64,000 nucleotides of DNA. Origin: Bacteroidales bacterium (GTDB lineage: Bacteria > Bacteroidota > Bacteroidia > Bacteroidales > Tenuifilaceae). This document shows positions 47,202-56,106 of the stretch, one piece after another (within the stretch, counting starts at the first letter, position 1; the number at the start of each line of letters is the position of its first letter). The stretch is from contig RPRQ01000022.1 of assembly GCA_003818205.1 (NCBI GenBank), positions 71-64,070 of the forward strand, in the 5' to 3' direction. Made by a program: the position numbers and the translations under genes. The notes under the pieces are model-generated. The model was not told where the DNA came from, searched no databases, and worked only from the letters and a program-made list of their open reading frames with translations.

Positions 47202-48454
47202 AAATAGTATTGAAATTCTTCTTTGTTTTATGGATTGGTTTGTCTCCAAGTTTGGTGTTTGGTCAAAGAGTGGTTAACCTATTGGACCTATATAAAGCGG
47301 TAGATTCAAATAATCCATTAGCAAGGATACCTTCGGGAATTGATTCTGTTTATCAGCTTAAGCATAGCAATCTAAAGGCTAACTATTTACCTAAGCTCGA
47401 TGTTAATGGCTCGGCTACATGGCAATCGGATGTTACATCGCTAAATGTTAACCTTCCCATTCCTGGATTTACGATGCCTAGCGCTGATAAGGATCAGTAT
47501 AAGGTAGCACTTGATGTATCGCAGCTGATATGGGATGGTGGTACAACCAAGGCAAAGGAGGATTTAGAGAGTTTGAATCAAACCCTTGAAAAGAATAGGG
47601 TTAATATTGAAATCTATAGCATTAAGGATCGAATTACAAACCTATTCTTTAATCTATTAATACTAAGAGTGACTGAAAATCAGCTTAACCTAATGTCTGC
47701 TGATCTCGATAAACGGATTCAAGAACTTGAATCAAGCGTGAATTCAGGTTACATCCTAGGTTCAACCCTCGATGGTTTAAAAGCAGAAAAATTGAAGCTA
47801 TTACAGAACATCGATGGTGTTCCTGCTCAAAGGCAATCGTTAATTTCATCATTAAAGTCATTAACAGGCATTACCCTTCACGATAACGATATTTTTATCC
47901 TTCCAAACCCTGATTCTCTTAGCGAGATATCGTGCATACGTCCCGAATTTGAGGGGTTCAAGTATCAGCAAAATGTATTAAACGCATCGTCTAGCCTTAT
48001 TGCTAGAAAAAGATATCCCATTCTCGTAGGCTTTGCCTCAGCTGGATATGGTAAGCCGGGCTTAAATATGCTAAGCAATAGCTGGGATACCTACTATATG
48101 CTTGGCGCAAAACTTTCGTGGAATATATGGGATTGGAACTCGGTAAATAAGGATAAGCAGCAGCTAAAGATTCAAAAGAACATCGTTGATTATCGTAAAC
48201 AGGCCTATCTCGATGGCTATCAGGCTCAAATTGATGGAATTTTATCTGAAATTCAAAAATTGAATAATCAGCTAAGCAAAGATCATGAAATTGTCAAACT
48301 ACTGCATCAGGTAACCGAAAGGAGTGGCTCTTCATTAAAGAATGGAACGATTACCTCTGCCGTTTATCTAGCTGATTTTAACTCCGAATCGAGATCGAAA
48401 CTTGAACTTGAACTCAGAAAAATTAAGCTCTCATTGCAGAAAGTGTTACTTTAA
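47198..48454 (+). CDS. TolC-family outer-membrane efflux protein
   Basis: The two-repeat coiled architecture is present. It overlaps the TetR stop by 4 nt. Confidence 0.75.
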   Translation: MKIVLKFFFVLWIGLSPSLVFGQRVVNLLDLYKAVDSNNPLARIPSGIDSVYQLKHSNLKANYLPKLDVNGSATWQSDVTSLNVNLPIPGFTMPSADKDQYKVALDVSQLIWDGGTTKAKEDLESLNQTLEKNRVNIEIYSIKDRITNLFFNLLILRVTENQLNLMSADLDKRIQELESSVNSGYILGSTLDGLKAEKLKLLQNIDGVPAQRQSLISSLKSLTGITLHDNDIFILPNPDSLSEISCIRPEFEGFKYQQNVLNASSSLIARKRYPILVGFASAGYGKPGLNMLSNSWDTYYMLGAKLSWNIWDWNSVNKDKQQLKIQKNIVDYRKQAYLDGYQAQIDGILSEIQKLNNQLSKDHEIVKLLHQVTERSGSSLKNGTITSAVYLADFNSESRSKLELELRKIKLSLQKVLL

Positions 48455-48494
48455 ACATTAGTGGAAACGAATTGATTATTAAATAATTAAATAT

Positions 48495-49400
48495 ATGAAT
48501 AAGATTTATAAACCATCAATATTAGCATTTGCTCTTATTGGATTTGTATTAGCCTCATGTAATCGTGATGGTGATAAAGCTGACGCTTATGGAACCTTCG
48601 AAACCGATGAAATCACCATCTCTGCTGAATCATCGGGGAAAATCCTAAGTTTTACTATCGAAGAGGGCGATCAGGTAAAATCAGGTCAGAAGGTTGGAAG
48701 CATCGATAGCATTCAGCTTTTCTTGAAGGTTAAGCAGTTAACAAGTCAAATTGATGCCATAAAAGCGAGAATTCCCAATATCAATGCTCAGTCCGATGTA
48801 CAAACAGAGCAGCTTAATGTTCTTAGTATAGAGCATGATAGGGTTAAAAAGATGTTCGCCGATGGCGCTGCAACGCAGAAACAGATTGATGATATCGAGG
48901 GAAGGCTTAACCTTGCTAAAAAGCAAAAGGATGCAATAGATGTTCAAAAAACATCTGTATTTGCCGAAATACCTGCATTGAACGCACAGGTAGAACAGAT
49001 TAAGGACCAACTTCATCGCTGTAGAATAGTTAACCCAACCGATGGCAAAGTGCTGATTACCTATGTAAATCAGTTCGAAAGCGTAGTTCAAGGCAAAGCC
49101 TTATATAAGCTTGCTAACATGGACTACATGTACCTTAGAGCTTATATTTCTGGTGCCCAACTTCATAGTTTTCAAACTGGCAGTAAGGTAAAAGTTTATA
49201 CCGATAGCGAGAACGATAAGCTAATCGAAATGGAGGGTACAATTACTTGGGTGTCGCCAGAAGCTGAGTTTACCCCAAAAATCATTCAAACCCGCGAGGA
49301 GAGGGTTAAATTGGTTTACCCTATTAAAGTAAAAGTTAAAAACGATGGCAGTATAAGAATTGGAATGCCAGCAGAGGTAAGGTTAATAAATGGGCATTAA
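48495..49400 (+). CDS. HlyD-family periplasmic adaptor lipoprotein
   Basis: The lipobox is VLASC. A biotinyl-lipoyl-like EGDQVKSGQKVG, a coiled coil, and the C-terminal EFTPKIIQTREER are present. Confidence 0.8.
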   Translation: MNKIYKPSILAFALIGFVLASCNRDGDKADAYGTFETDEITISAESSGKILSFTIEEGDQVKSGQKVGSIDSIQLFLKVKQLTSQIDAIKARIPNINAQSDVQTEQLNVLSIEHDRVKKMFADGAATQKQIDDIEGRLNLAKKQKDAIDVQKTSVFAEIPALNAQVEQIKDQLHRCRIVNPTDGKVLITYVNQFESVVQGKALYKLANMDYMYLRAYISGAQLHSFQTGSKVKVYTDSENDKLIEMEGTITWVSPEAEFTPKIIQTREERVKLVYPIKVKVKNDGSIRIGMPAEVRLINGH

Positions 49401-49490
49401 CTTGTTGAATAAAATGCAAATAAGCAATTGTGTTTCATGCTATGAATACAAATAGGATAGATAAATGTTTAAAAACTAATACGATTCAAT

Positions 49491-49907
49491 ATGATTGAAC
49501 AAAAGCATAAGCTATTCTTGATAAAAATTGCATACTGGCTGGGCGTGATTGCAGATGCAGTTTGGGCAGTTGGTTTGATGTTTCCTCAGGTTTTCGCTAT
49601 TCTAACTAGTACACCTGATTTTAACCCTAATTTGCAATTTAGATTAGTCATGTACATTGGTGGAATATTAATGACAGGTTGGACTATTCTTCTAATATGG
49701 GCTGTTAGAAAGCCAATTGAAAGAAGGTTCATTATTCTTCTAACGGCTATTCTTACAGTTGGATTATTTTTTGTTTCATTAAAAGGTTTTTTGGAAGGGA
49801 ATACAAGCAATATCTGGATTCTAATTAAAATTCCAACGCTATTCTTTTTTATGGTTTCAAGCTATTTTCTTGCAAGAAATATAGACAATGCGAATAAAGT
49901 GCAATAA
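49491..49907 (+). CDS. Small 4-TM membrane protein
   Basis: The call rests on the hydrophobic profile only. Confidence 0.4.
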   Translation: MIEQKHKLFLIKIAYWLGVIADAVWAVGLMFPQVFAILTSTPDFNPNLQFRLVMYIGGILMTGWTILLIWAVRKPIERRFIILLTAILTVGLFFVSLKGFLEGNTSNIWILIKIPTLFFFMVSSYFLARNIDNANKVQ

Positions 49908-50090
49908 TAGATGAGTTTTTTGCAGTCATTAACTCAAAAACAAATGAATAAGAATTACGAAAATATAACATATTACACTAAAATTATTGGTGCCATTGAT
50001 GCAAAGGCAGGTTCTTTATGTTTGATAAAACTTTCACTCCAAACTTTCTAACATTTTTTGGCATCAGAACCTTAACTTAAGAATTAAAGT

Positions 50091-50726
50091 ATGAAAAACA
50101 GACAGAATAAAGAGAGAAAATTTTGGGATAGATTTGCTAATAGCTATGATTCATTCATAAAAAACACGGTTGACAAAACGTATAAATCTATTCTTGAAAA
50201 TATAGATTCTGAGCTTAATGTAAACCAGAATATCCTTGAGATTGGAACAGGAACAGGAATTATACCGTTTTCTGTCTGCTCAAAGGTTTCATCGATTACT
50301 GCGATTGATATATCTCCTGAAATGATTCGGATTGCAAATCAAAAGCGGAAAGACTCAAACATCAAAAACATAGATTTTCAAGTTCAGGATTCGTATTCCT
50401 TGACTTTCCCCGATAAATCGTTTGATATTGCTATTGCATCCAATTTATTACACCTGCTTTATGAGCCCGAGAAACCATTGAATGAGGTTAAAAGGGTTAT
50501 GAAAGATGATGGAGTTTTCATTGCTCCAACATTTTGTGTGGGAGAGAATATGAAGAGCCGAGTAATTACAAGCCTTGCAGGTGTATTTAGCGGATTCAGT
50601 ATTGTAAGTAAATGGAGTATCAATGATTATAAAAGCATGTTGGTCAGTAATGGATTTACTATTGATAAAGCCATAAGAATTGATGGAAGATTCCCATTAG
50701 CTTATATTGTAATGAGTAAAAACTGA
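50091..50726 (+). CDS. Class I SAM-dependent methyltransferase
   Basis: ILEIGTGTGIIP and DIAIASNLLHL are present. Confidence 0.7.
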   Translation: MKNRQNKERKFWDRFANSYDSFIKNTVDKTYKSILENIDSELNVNQNILEIGTGTGIIPFSVCSKVSSITAIDISPEMIRIANQKRKDSNIKNIDFQVQDSYSLTFPDKSFDIAIASNLLHLLYEPEKPLNEVKRVMKDDGVFIAPTFCVGENMKSRVITSLAGVFSGFSIVSKWSINDYKSMLVSNGFTIDKAIRIDGRFPLAYIVMSKN

Positions 50727-50828
50727 ACGTTACTCAAAAAGAGGTCGGTAAACTTTCGAGATATATAAATATCAATACTGTCTCGTTCTATTTTCTTATA
50801 TAATTTATTAACAATCAGTTAACGTGTT

Positions 50829-51755
50829 ATGAAAATCGATAAAAATCAAATAATAGTTTACGGTGGTACCGGTTACTACGGTCGAAAAGTGGTTGAAAAG
50901 CTCGTTAAAAAAGGGCAATCAGTAAAAGTTGTAAGCCGAAACTCGGAATCAGCCAGAAAAACACTCGGGGATAAAGTCGAAATATTTCAAGGTGATGTTA
51001 CAAACCGCGAAACCATTATCGAATCGCTTAAAAATGTTAATGCTATAATCATTTGTCTTTCAGCGATGAGCAATAAGCTGATTAAGCGAATGAAGCAGAT
51101 TGAACGGGATGCCGTGATAGCAATTATGGAAGAAGCTAAAAAAGCGAATATTTCAAGATTGGTCTATATGTCGGGCTATGAAATGAGGGAGCAACTTTTA
51201 GCCGACCTAGGAATACCTGAATTTGGAGCCATAAAAATTGAAATTGAATCTAAAATCTCACAATCAGATTTCAGCTGGACTATACTTGGTGATGCTCCTG
51301 CCTTTGAGATATTCTTCGCCTTTATAAGGAATGGGAAGATGACAGTACCCGGAGGTGGGTTCAATGCAATTCCAACCATTTCGGCTGAAGATGTTGGCGA
51401 AATTACCGCTCAGGTGGTAATGCGTAACGATTTAGCAGGAAAACGAATTAAGCTAACGGGGCCAGAAGCTTTAACATTTCCAGAGGTAGCAAAAAGAATC
51501 TCTTTGATAAGCGGTAAAAAGGTTAAACATATTGCAATACCATTGGCTATAATTAATGTAGTATCATTCATACTGATTCCATTTGCTCCTTTTGTCCGAT
51601 TTCTGTATAAAAGCCTTAAAATGTTGAATAATTTTCCAAAAGATTTGGCCGATAAGGTACCAGAAGACCATAAACGATTAAGGGAACTTTTTGATTATGA
51701 GCCTGTGAGCTTGGAGGAGGAGATTAAACGAAGGATCAGTGAAAATAAACTTTAG
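50829..51755 (+). CDS. NmrA/atypical-SDR NAD(P)-binding protein with a C-terminal hydrophobic segment
   Basis: The Rossmann motif is VYGGTGYYGRKVV. LAIINVVSFILIPFAPFV lies near the C-terminus. Confidence 0.6.
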   Translation: MKIDKNQIIVYGGTGYYGRKVVEKLVKKGQSVKVVSRNSESARKTLGDKVEIFQGDVTNRETIIESLKNVNAIIICLSAMSNKLIKRMKQIERDAVIAIMEEAKKANISRLVYMSGYEMREQLLADLGIPEFGAIKIEIESKISQSDFSWTILGDAPAFEIFFAFIRNGKMTVPGGGFNAIPTISAEDVGEITAQVVMRNDLAGKRIKLTGPEALTFPEVAKRISLISGKKVKHIAIPLAIINVVSFILIPFAPFVRFLYKSLKMLNNFPKDLADKVPEDHKRLRELFDYEPVSLEEEIKRRISENKL

Positions 51756-51766
51756 GATACATTACA

Positions 51767-52681
51767 ATGAACCCTATTATAGTTAATAAACTAGCAAAAT
51801 CATACGAAAAGGTTAATGCCTTAAAGGGGATTTCCTTTGAGGTGGAGGATGGGGAGCTATTCGGGCTAATTGGGCCCGATGGTGCTGGTAAAACAACTCT
51901 AATTAGGATTTTAGCATCATTACTCTTGCCCGATACAGGGAAAGCATCATTAGTAGGAAATGATGTTGTGAAAGATTTTCATGAAATCCGAAAGATTGTA
52001 GGCTACATGCCCAGTCGATTCTCGCTTTACACCGACTTAACAGTGCAAGAAAATTTGGAATTTTTTGCAGGTGTTTTTGGCTCAACCATTGAGGAGAACT
52101 ACTATTTGATTAAAGATATTTACCACATGCTAGAGCCTTTTAAGGGTAGGCTGGCTGGTAAACTCTCAGGAGGTATGAAGCAGAAGTTAGCCCTTTCGTG
52201 TGCGCTGATCCATAAACCTAAAATTCTTCTGCTCGATGAGCCAACAACCGGAGTTGATGCTGTTTCTCGAAAAGAGTTCTGGGCAATGCTAGGCAAGTTA
52301 AAAGCGGAGGGGATAACTATTCTAGTTTCTACACCTTACATGGACGAGGCATCACTTTGCGATAGAATCGCTTTAATTGATAAAGGAGAAATTCTTAGCG
52401 TTAATACTCCCAAAGGAATTATAGCGCTTTTCCCTCAAAAACTATACGGTATAAGTACACCCAACTCATTTTCATTGCTCAATCATCTTAGAACGCTCCC
52501 TATTTGTAAGGATGCATTTCTTTTTGGACAGGAAATACATGTTACAACAAGTAATAGCAATATAACGTGTGAATCTCTCCACGATTTGTTGTCAAACTCA
52601 GGTTTTACGAATTCAACGGTAACGCTCATTGAACCTACGGTTGAAGATTGTTTTATGCAGCTAATGGGGAATAACAGATAA
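51767..52681 (+). CDS. ABC transporter ATP-binding protein
   Basis: Walker A is GPDGAGKTT, the signature is LSGGMKQK, and Walker B is LLLDEP. Confidence 0.9.
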   Translation: MNPIIVNKLAKSYEKVNALKGISFEVEDGELFGLIGPDGAGKTTLIRILASLLLPDTGKASLVGNDVVKDFHEIRKIVGYMPSRFSLYTDLTVQENLEFFAGVFGSTIEENYYLIKDIYHMLEPFKGRLAGKLSGGMKQKLALSCALIHKPKILLLDEPTTGVDAVSRKEFWAMLGKLKAEGITILVSTPYMDEASLCDRIALIDKGEILSVNTPKGIIALFPQKLYGISTPNSFSLLNHLRTLPICKDAFLFGQEIHVTTSNSNITCESLHDLLSNSGFTNSTVTLIEPTVEDCFMQLMGNNR

Positions 52682-52686
52682 TTAGG

Positions 52687-53430
52687 ATGGAAAAAAAAGA
52701 GATAATCATTGAGGTTGAAAACCTTGTAAAAAAGTTTGGGCAGTTCGTTGCCAACGATAACCTGACCTTCAAGGTTTTTAAGGGCGAAATATTCGGATTT
52801 CTTGGTGCTAACGGTGCTGGGAAAACTACTGCCATTCGGATTCTGAGCGGTTTACTTGAACCAACATCGGGGAAAATAAGTGTTGCGGGCTATAATGCGT
52901 ATAGTCAGCGCGATTTAATAAAAGCGAATATCGGTTACATGAGCCAAAAATTCTCGCTTTACGATGATTTAACTGTAAGGGAGAATATCAGATTCTTTGG
53001 TGGGATATACGGATTATACGGAAAGATTTTAAAGGCTCGAATTGATGAGCTGCTGAGCGATTTAAAGATGACAGAATTTAAGGACGACCTAATTTCATCG
53101 CTTCCATTGGGGTGGAAGCAACGCTTGTCCTTTTCAATTGCTATGATTCATAAACCCGTAATTATTTTCCTTGATGAGCCCACTGGTGGCGTTGACCCGA
53201 TTACCCGACGGAGTTTCTGGGAAATGATTCATTCTGTTGCAAATCAGGGAACTACAGTTTTTGTTACTACTCACTATATGGATGAGGCAGAATACTGCGA
53301 TAGGGTAACAATTATGGTCGATGGCAGAATTGAAGCTCTTGATTCTCCTGCCAATTTGAAAAAAACATTCAACGCCAATAGCATGGATGAAGTATTCGTT
53401 ATGCTTGCCCGAAAAGCGAAAAGTGCCTAG
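52687..53430 (+). CDS. ABC transporter ATP-binding protein
   Basis: GANGAGKTT, a degenerate signature (LPLGWKQR) and IFLDEP are present. Confidence 0.9.
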   Translation: MEKKEIIIEVENLVKKFGQFVANDNLTFKVFKGEIFGFLGANGAGKTTAIRILSGLLEPTSGKISVAGYNAYSQRDLIKANIGYMSQKFSLYDDLTVRENIRFFGGIYGLYGKILKARIDELLSDLKMTEFKDDLISSLPLGWKQRLSFSIAMIHKPVIIFLDEPTGGVDPITRRSFWEMIHSVANQGTTVFVTTHYMDEAEYCDRVTIMVDGRIEALDSPANLKKTFNANSMDEVFVMLARKAKSA

Positions 53431-53453
53431 AGAAACTAAAGATGAAAAAAGTT

Positions 53454-53559
53454 AAAAGTGCACTAGAGTACTTCGAGTACTTAAAGTTGAAAGACATAAA
53501 GAATTTAGTTTTTTCAAATACTTTAGGCACTCTAGGCACTCGAAGTAATTTAGGCACTT
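53454..53559. repeat. Imperfect inverted-repeat element (gtgcactag/gtacttcgag words) between the ATPase and permease genes
   Basis: The arms are aagtgcactagagtacttcgagtacttaaag and ctttaggcactctaggcactcgaagtaatttaggcactt. Confidence 0.5.
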
Positions 53560-53581
53560 CTTAATTTAATTTGACTTAACA

Positions 53582-54703
53582 ATGAACAACTCAAAACCAA
53601 ATAAATTCTGGGGCTTTGCCCTTAAGGAGTTTAGGCATATTTTTAGAGATAAGCGAACGCTACTCATTATTTTTGGTATGCCAATAGCAGAACTGCTTAT
53701 ATTCGGTTATGTGGTTACCAATGAGATTAAGGATGCGAACATTGCCATACTCGATAAATCGGGCGATTACCTTTCTCAAAAGTTAACATCTAAACTTGCC
53801 TCATCGGGTTATTTTATACCTACAACCTACCTATATTCAGAGAATGAAATAGAACCTGTACTTCGTTCAGGTAAAGCAAAAATGGTAGTGGTATATGAAC
53901 CCAATTTCGCAGAAAAATTTTTCAGAGAAAAAAATGCTGCGATTCAGATAATTACCGATGCATCGGAACCCAATACAGCGAGTCTTTTAGCTAATTACGC
54001 AGGGTCAATCATCAACAGTTTTGCTTCTGAAAACGGAGCGAACGAATTGAGGTCTTCGCCCATCGATATAAGGGTCAGAATGCTTTATAATTCAGAATTA
54101 AAATCGGTTTTTATGTTTGTCCCAGGAACAATGGCGTTAATCCTCATGCTATTAACTGCAATGATGACAGCCATTTCCATTGCAAGAGAAAAGGAGCTGG
54201 GAACAATGGAAGTACTGCTGGTTTCGCCGTTAAAACCATCGCACATTGTACTTGGTAAAGTCCTTCCATACGTTGGTCTGGCATTCATAAACGCCTTGGT
54301 CATACTCTTTCTAGGTTATACGGTATTCGATCTACCCATGAGGGGTAGCCTTGCTCTATTGCTCCTTGTTAGCTTTGTATTCATCATACTTGCATTATCA
54401 TTGGGTATTTTTATATCAACCGTTAGCAAAACGCAACAGGTTGCCATGTTCTTCTCAATGATCGGTTTAATGCTACCCACGATGCTTCTCTCAGGGTTTA
54501 TCTTTCCCATAGAGAATATGCCGTTGGTACTTCAATGGCTTAGCGCATTAATGCCCCCCCGGTGGTTTATTTCGGCAATTAAAACAATTATGATAAAGGG
54601 AGAGGGTATTGCCTATGTTTGGAAGGAGATGTTGATAATGATAGGCATGATAGTATTCTTTTTGACCCTTAGTATAAAGAAATTTAAAGTAAGATTAAGC
54701 TGA
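53582..54703 (+). CDS. ABC-2 type permease
   Basis: It has an N-terminal TM, a large loop and a C-terminal 5-TM bundle. The REKELGTME motif is present. Confidence 0.8.
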   Translation: MNNSKPNKFWGFALKEFRHIFRDKRTLLIIFGMPIAELLIFGYVVTNEIKDANIAILDKSGDYLSQKLTSKLASSGYFIPTTYLYSENEIEPVLRSGKAKMVVVYEPNFAEKFFREKNAAIQIITDASEPNTASLLANYAGSIINSFASENGANELRSSPIDIRVRMLYNSELKSVFMFVPGTMALILMLLTAMMTAISIAREKELGTMEVLLVSPLKPSHIVLGKVLPYVGLAFINALVILFLGYTVFDLPMRGSLALLLLVSFVFIILALSLGIFISTVSKTQQVAMFFSMIGLMLPTMLLSGFIFPIENMPLVLQWLSALMPPRWFISAIKTIMIKGEGIAYVWKEMLIMIGMIVFFLTLSIKKFKVRLS

Positions 54704-54705
54704 CC

Positions 54706-55821
54706 ATGAGAGCGATTCTTTTTATCATCCAAAAAGAGTTCCTGCAGATATTCAGGAACAAAACCATGCTGCCGATAATTTTTCTTCTTCCTATTATTCA
54801 GCTGCTTATACTAGCCAATGCCGCCACATTTGAAATGAAGAACATCAACATCTCTGTTGTTGATTACGATAATTCACGAATATCACGTGAGGTTATTAGC
54901 CATTTTGATGCCTCTACCTTTTTTACAATCATACCTACGGAGCAGTCGGTTGAAAAGGCTCTTGAGCTAGTTCATTCCAATCGAACCGATTTGGTTATGG
55001 TTATTCCGAATGGTTTTGAAAAGGACATCGACAACTCAATCGCGCCCAAAGTTCAGCTATTGGTCAACTCCATAAATGGTATGGGGGCAAGCTTAGCATA
55101 CGCCTACTCCTCATCAATACTGATGAACTTTACTAAAAATATAGCGATTAAAAAATTAAATGTTAATATTCAAACGCCGCCAACAATATCTACACAAACC
55201 AGCTACTGGTATAACCCTGAGCTGAAGTACTCGCACTTTATGGTTCCGGGTATTCTAGTTATTCTGGTAACAATTATTGGAATGTTTCTTACAGCACTAA
55301 ACCTGGTCAGAGAGAAAGAGCTTGGAACCATTGAGCAAATCAACGTTACACCGATAAAACGATACCAATTTATTATTGGCAAGTTGGTACCATTCTGGAT
55401 AATCGCAATGTTCGAGTTGGCATTCGGATTGCTTGTTGGTAAGTTACTCTTTGATATTCCCATCAACGGAAGTTTAACCCTTTTATTCTCATTTGCTGGA
55501 GTTTTCTTGGTGCTTGCGCTAGGAGGAGGGCTTCTACTTTCATCCATCTCATCATCTCAGCAACAGGTAATGTTTGTTGCGTTCTTCTTCATGATAGTAT
55601 TTGTGCTAATGAGCGGAATTTTCACTTCAACCGAAAGTATGCCGAATTGGGCACAAATATTCAACCGAATAAATCCATTATACTATTTTATGAAAGTAAT
55701 CCGAATGGTTCTGGTTAAGGGTGCAAATCTCTCTGATATTCGAGAGAGCTTTATTTCAGTCTCTATTCTTGCAGTTACAATGCTTTCATTTGCAATTTTT
55801 AGGTATAAAAAAACCTCCTAG
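54706..55821 (+). CDS. ABC-2 type permease
   Basis: It is a paralogue of the previous gene (REKELGTIE). Confidence 0.8.
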   Translation: MRAILFIIQKEFLQIFRNKTMLPIIFLLPIIQLLILANAATFEMKNINISVVDYDNSRISREVISHFDASTFFTIIPTEQSVEKALELVHSNRTDLVMVIPNGFEKDIDNSIAPKVQLLVNSINGMGASLAYAYSSSILMNFTKNIAIKKLNVNIQTPPTISTQTSYWYNPELKYSHFMVPGILVILVTIIGMFLTALNLVREKELGTIEQINVTPIKRYQFIIGKLVPFWIIAMFELAFGLLVGKLLFDIPINGSLTLLFSFAGVFLVLALGGGLLLSSISSSQQQVMFVAFFFMIVFVLMSGIFTSTESMPNWAQIFNRINPLYYFMKVIRMVLVKGANLSDIRESFISVSILAVTMLSFAIFRYKKTS

Positions 55822-56106
55822 CCTCAAATTTCGAATAATTCATCAAAATCTGCAAGGCTAACCAAAATAGTTTCTTTCATCCTGTTTTCTTAGTAAAAAC
55901 AGGGGGTTTGATGCGTTAATGACGAAAATCACTATAATTATCAACACGCTATTCATTGAATTTTTATAAAATCCAATGAAATAATCATCACTTTTGGTAA
56001 GTTTACCGTATAATTGGAAGTTGAGAAATTGTGTAATTTTCGAACCGATTAGATTCGTTATCTTTAAATCATTATAGTGAATTTTTGTTTTATTTCTTAG
56101 TAAAGT

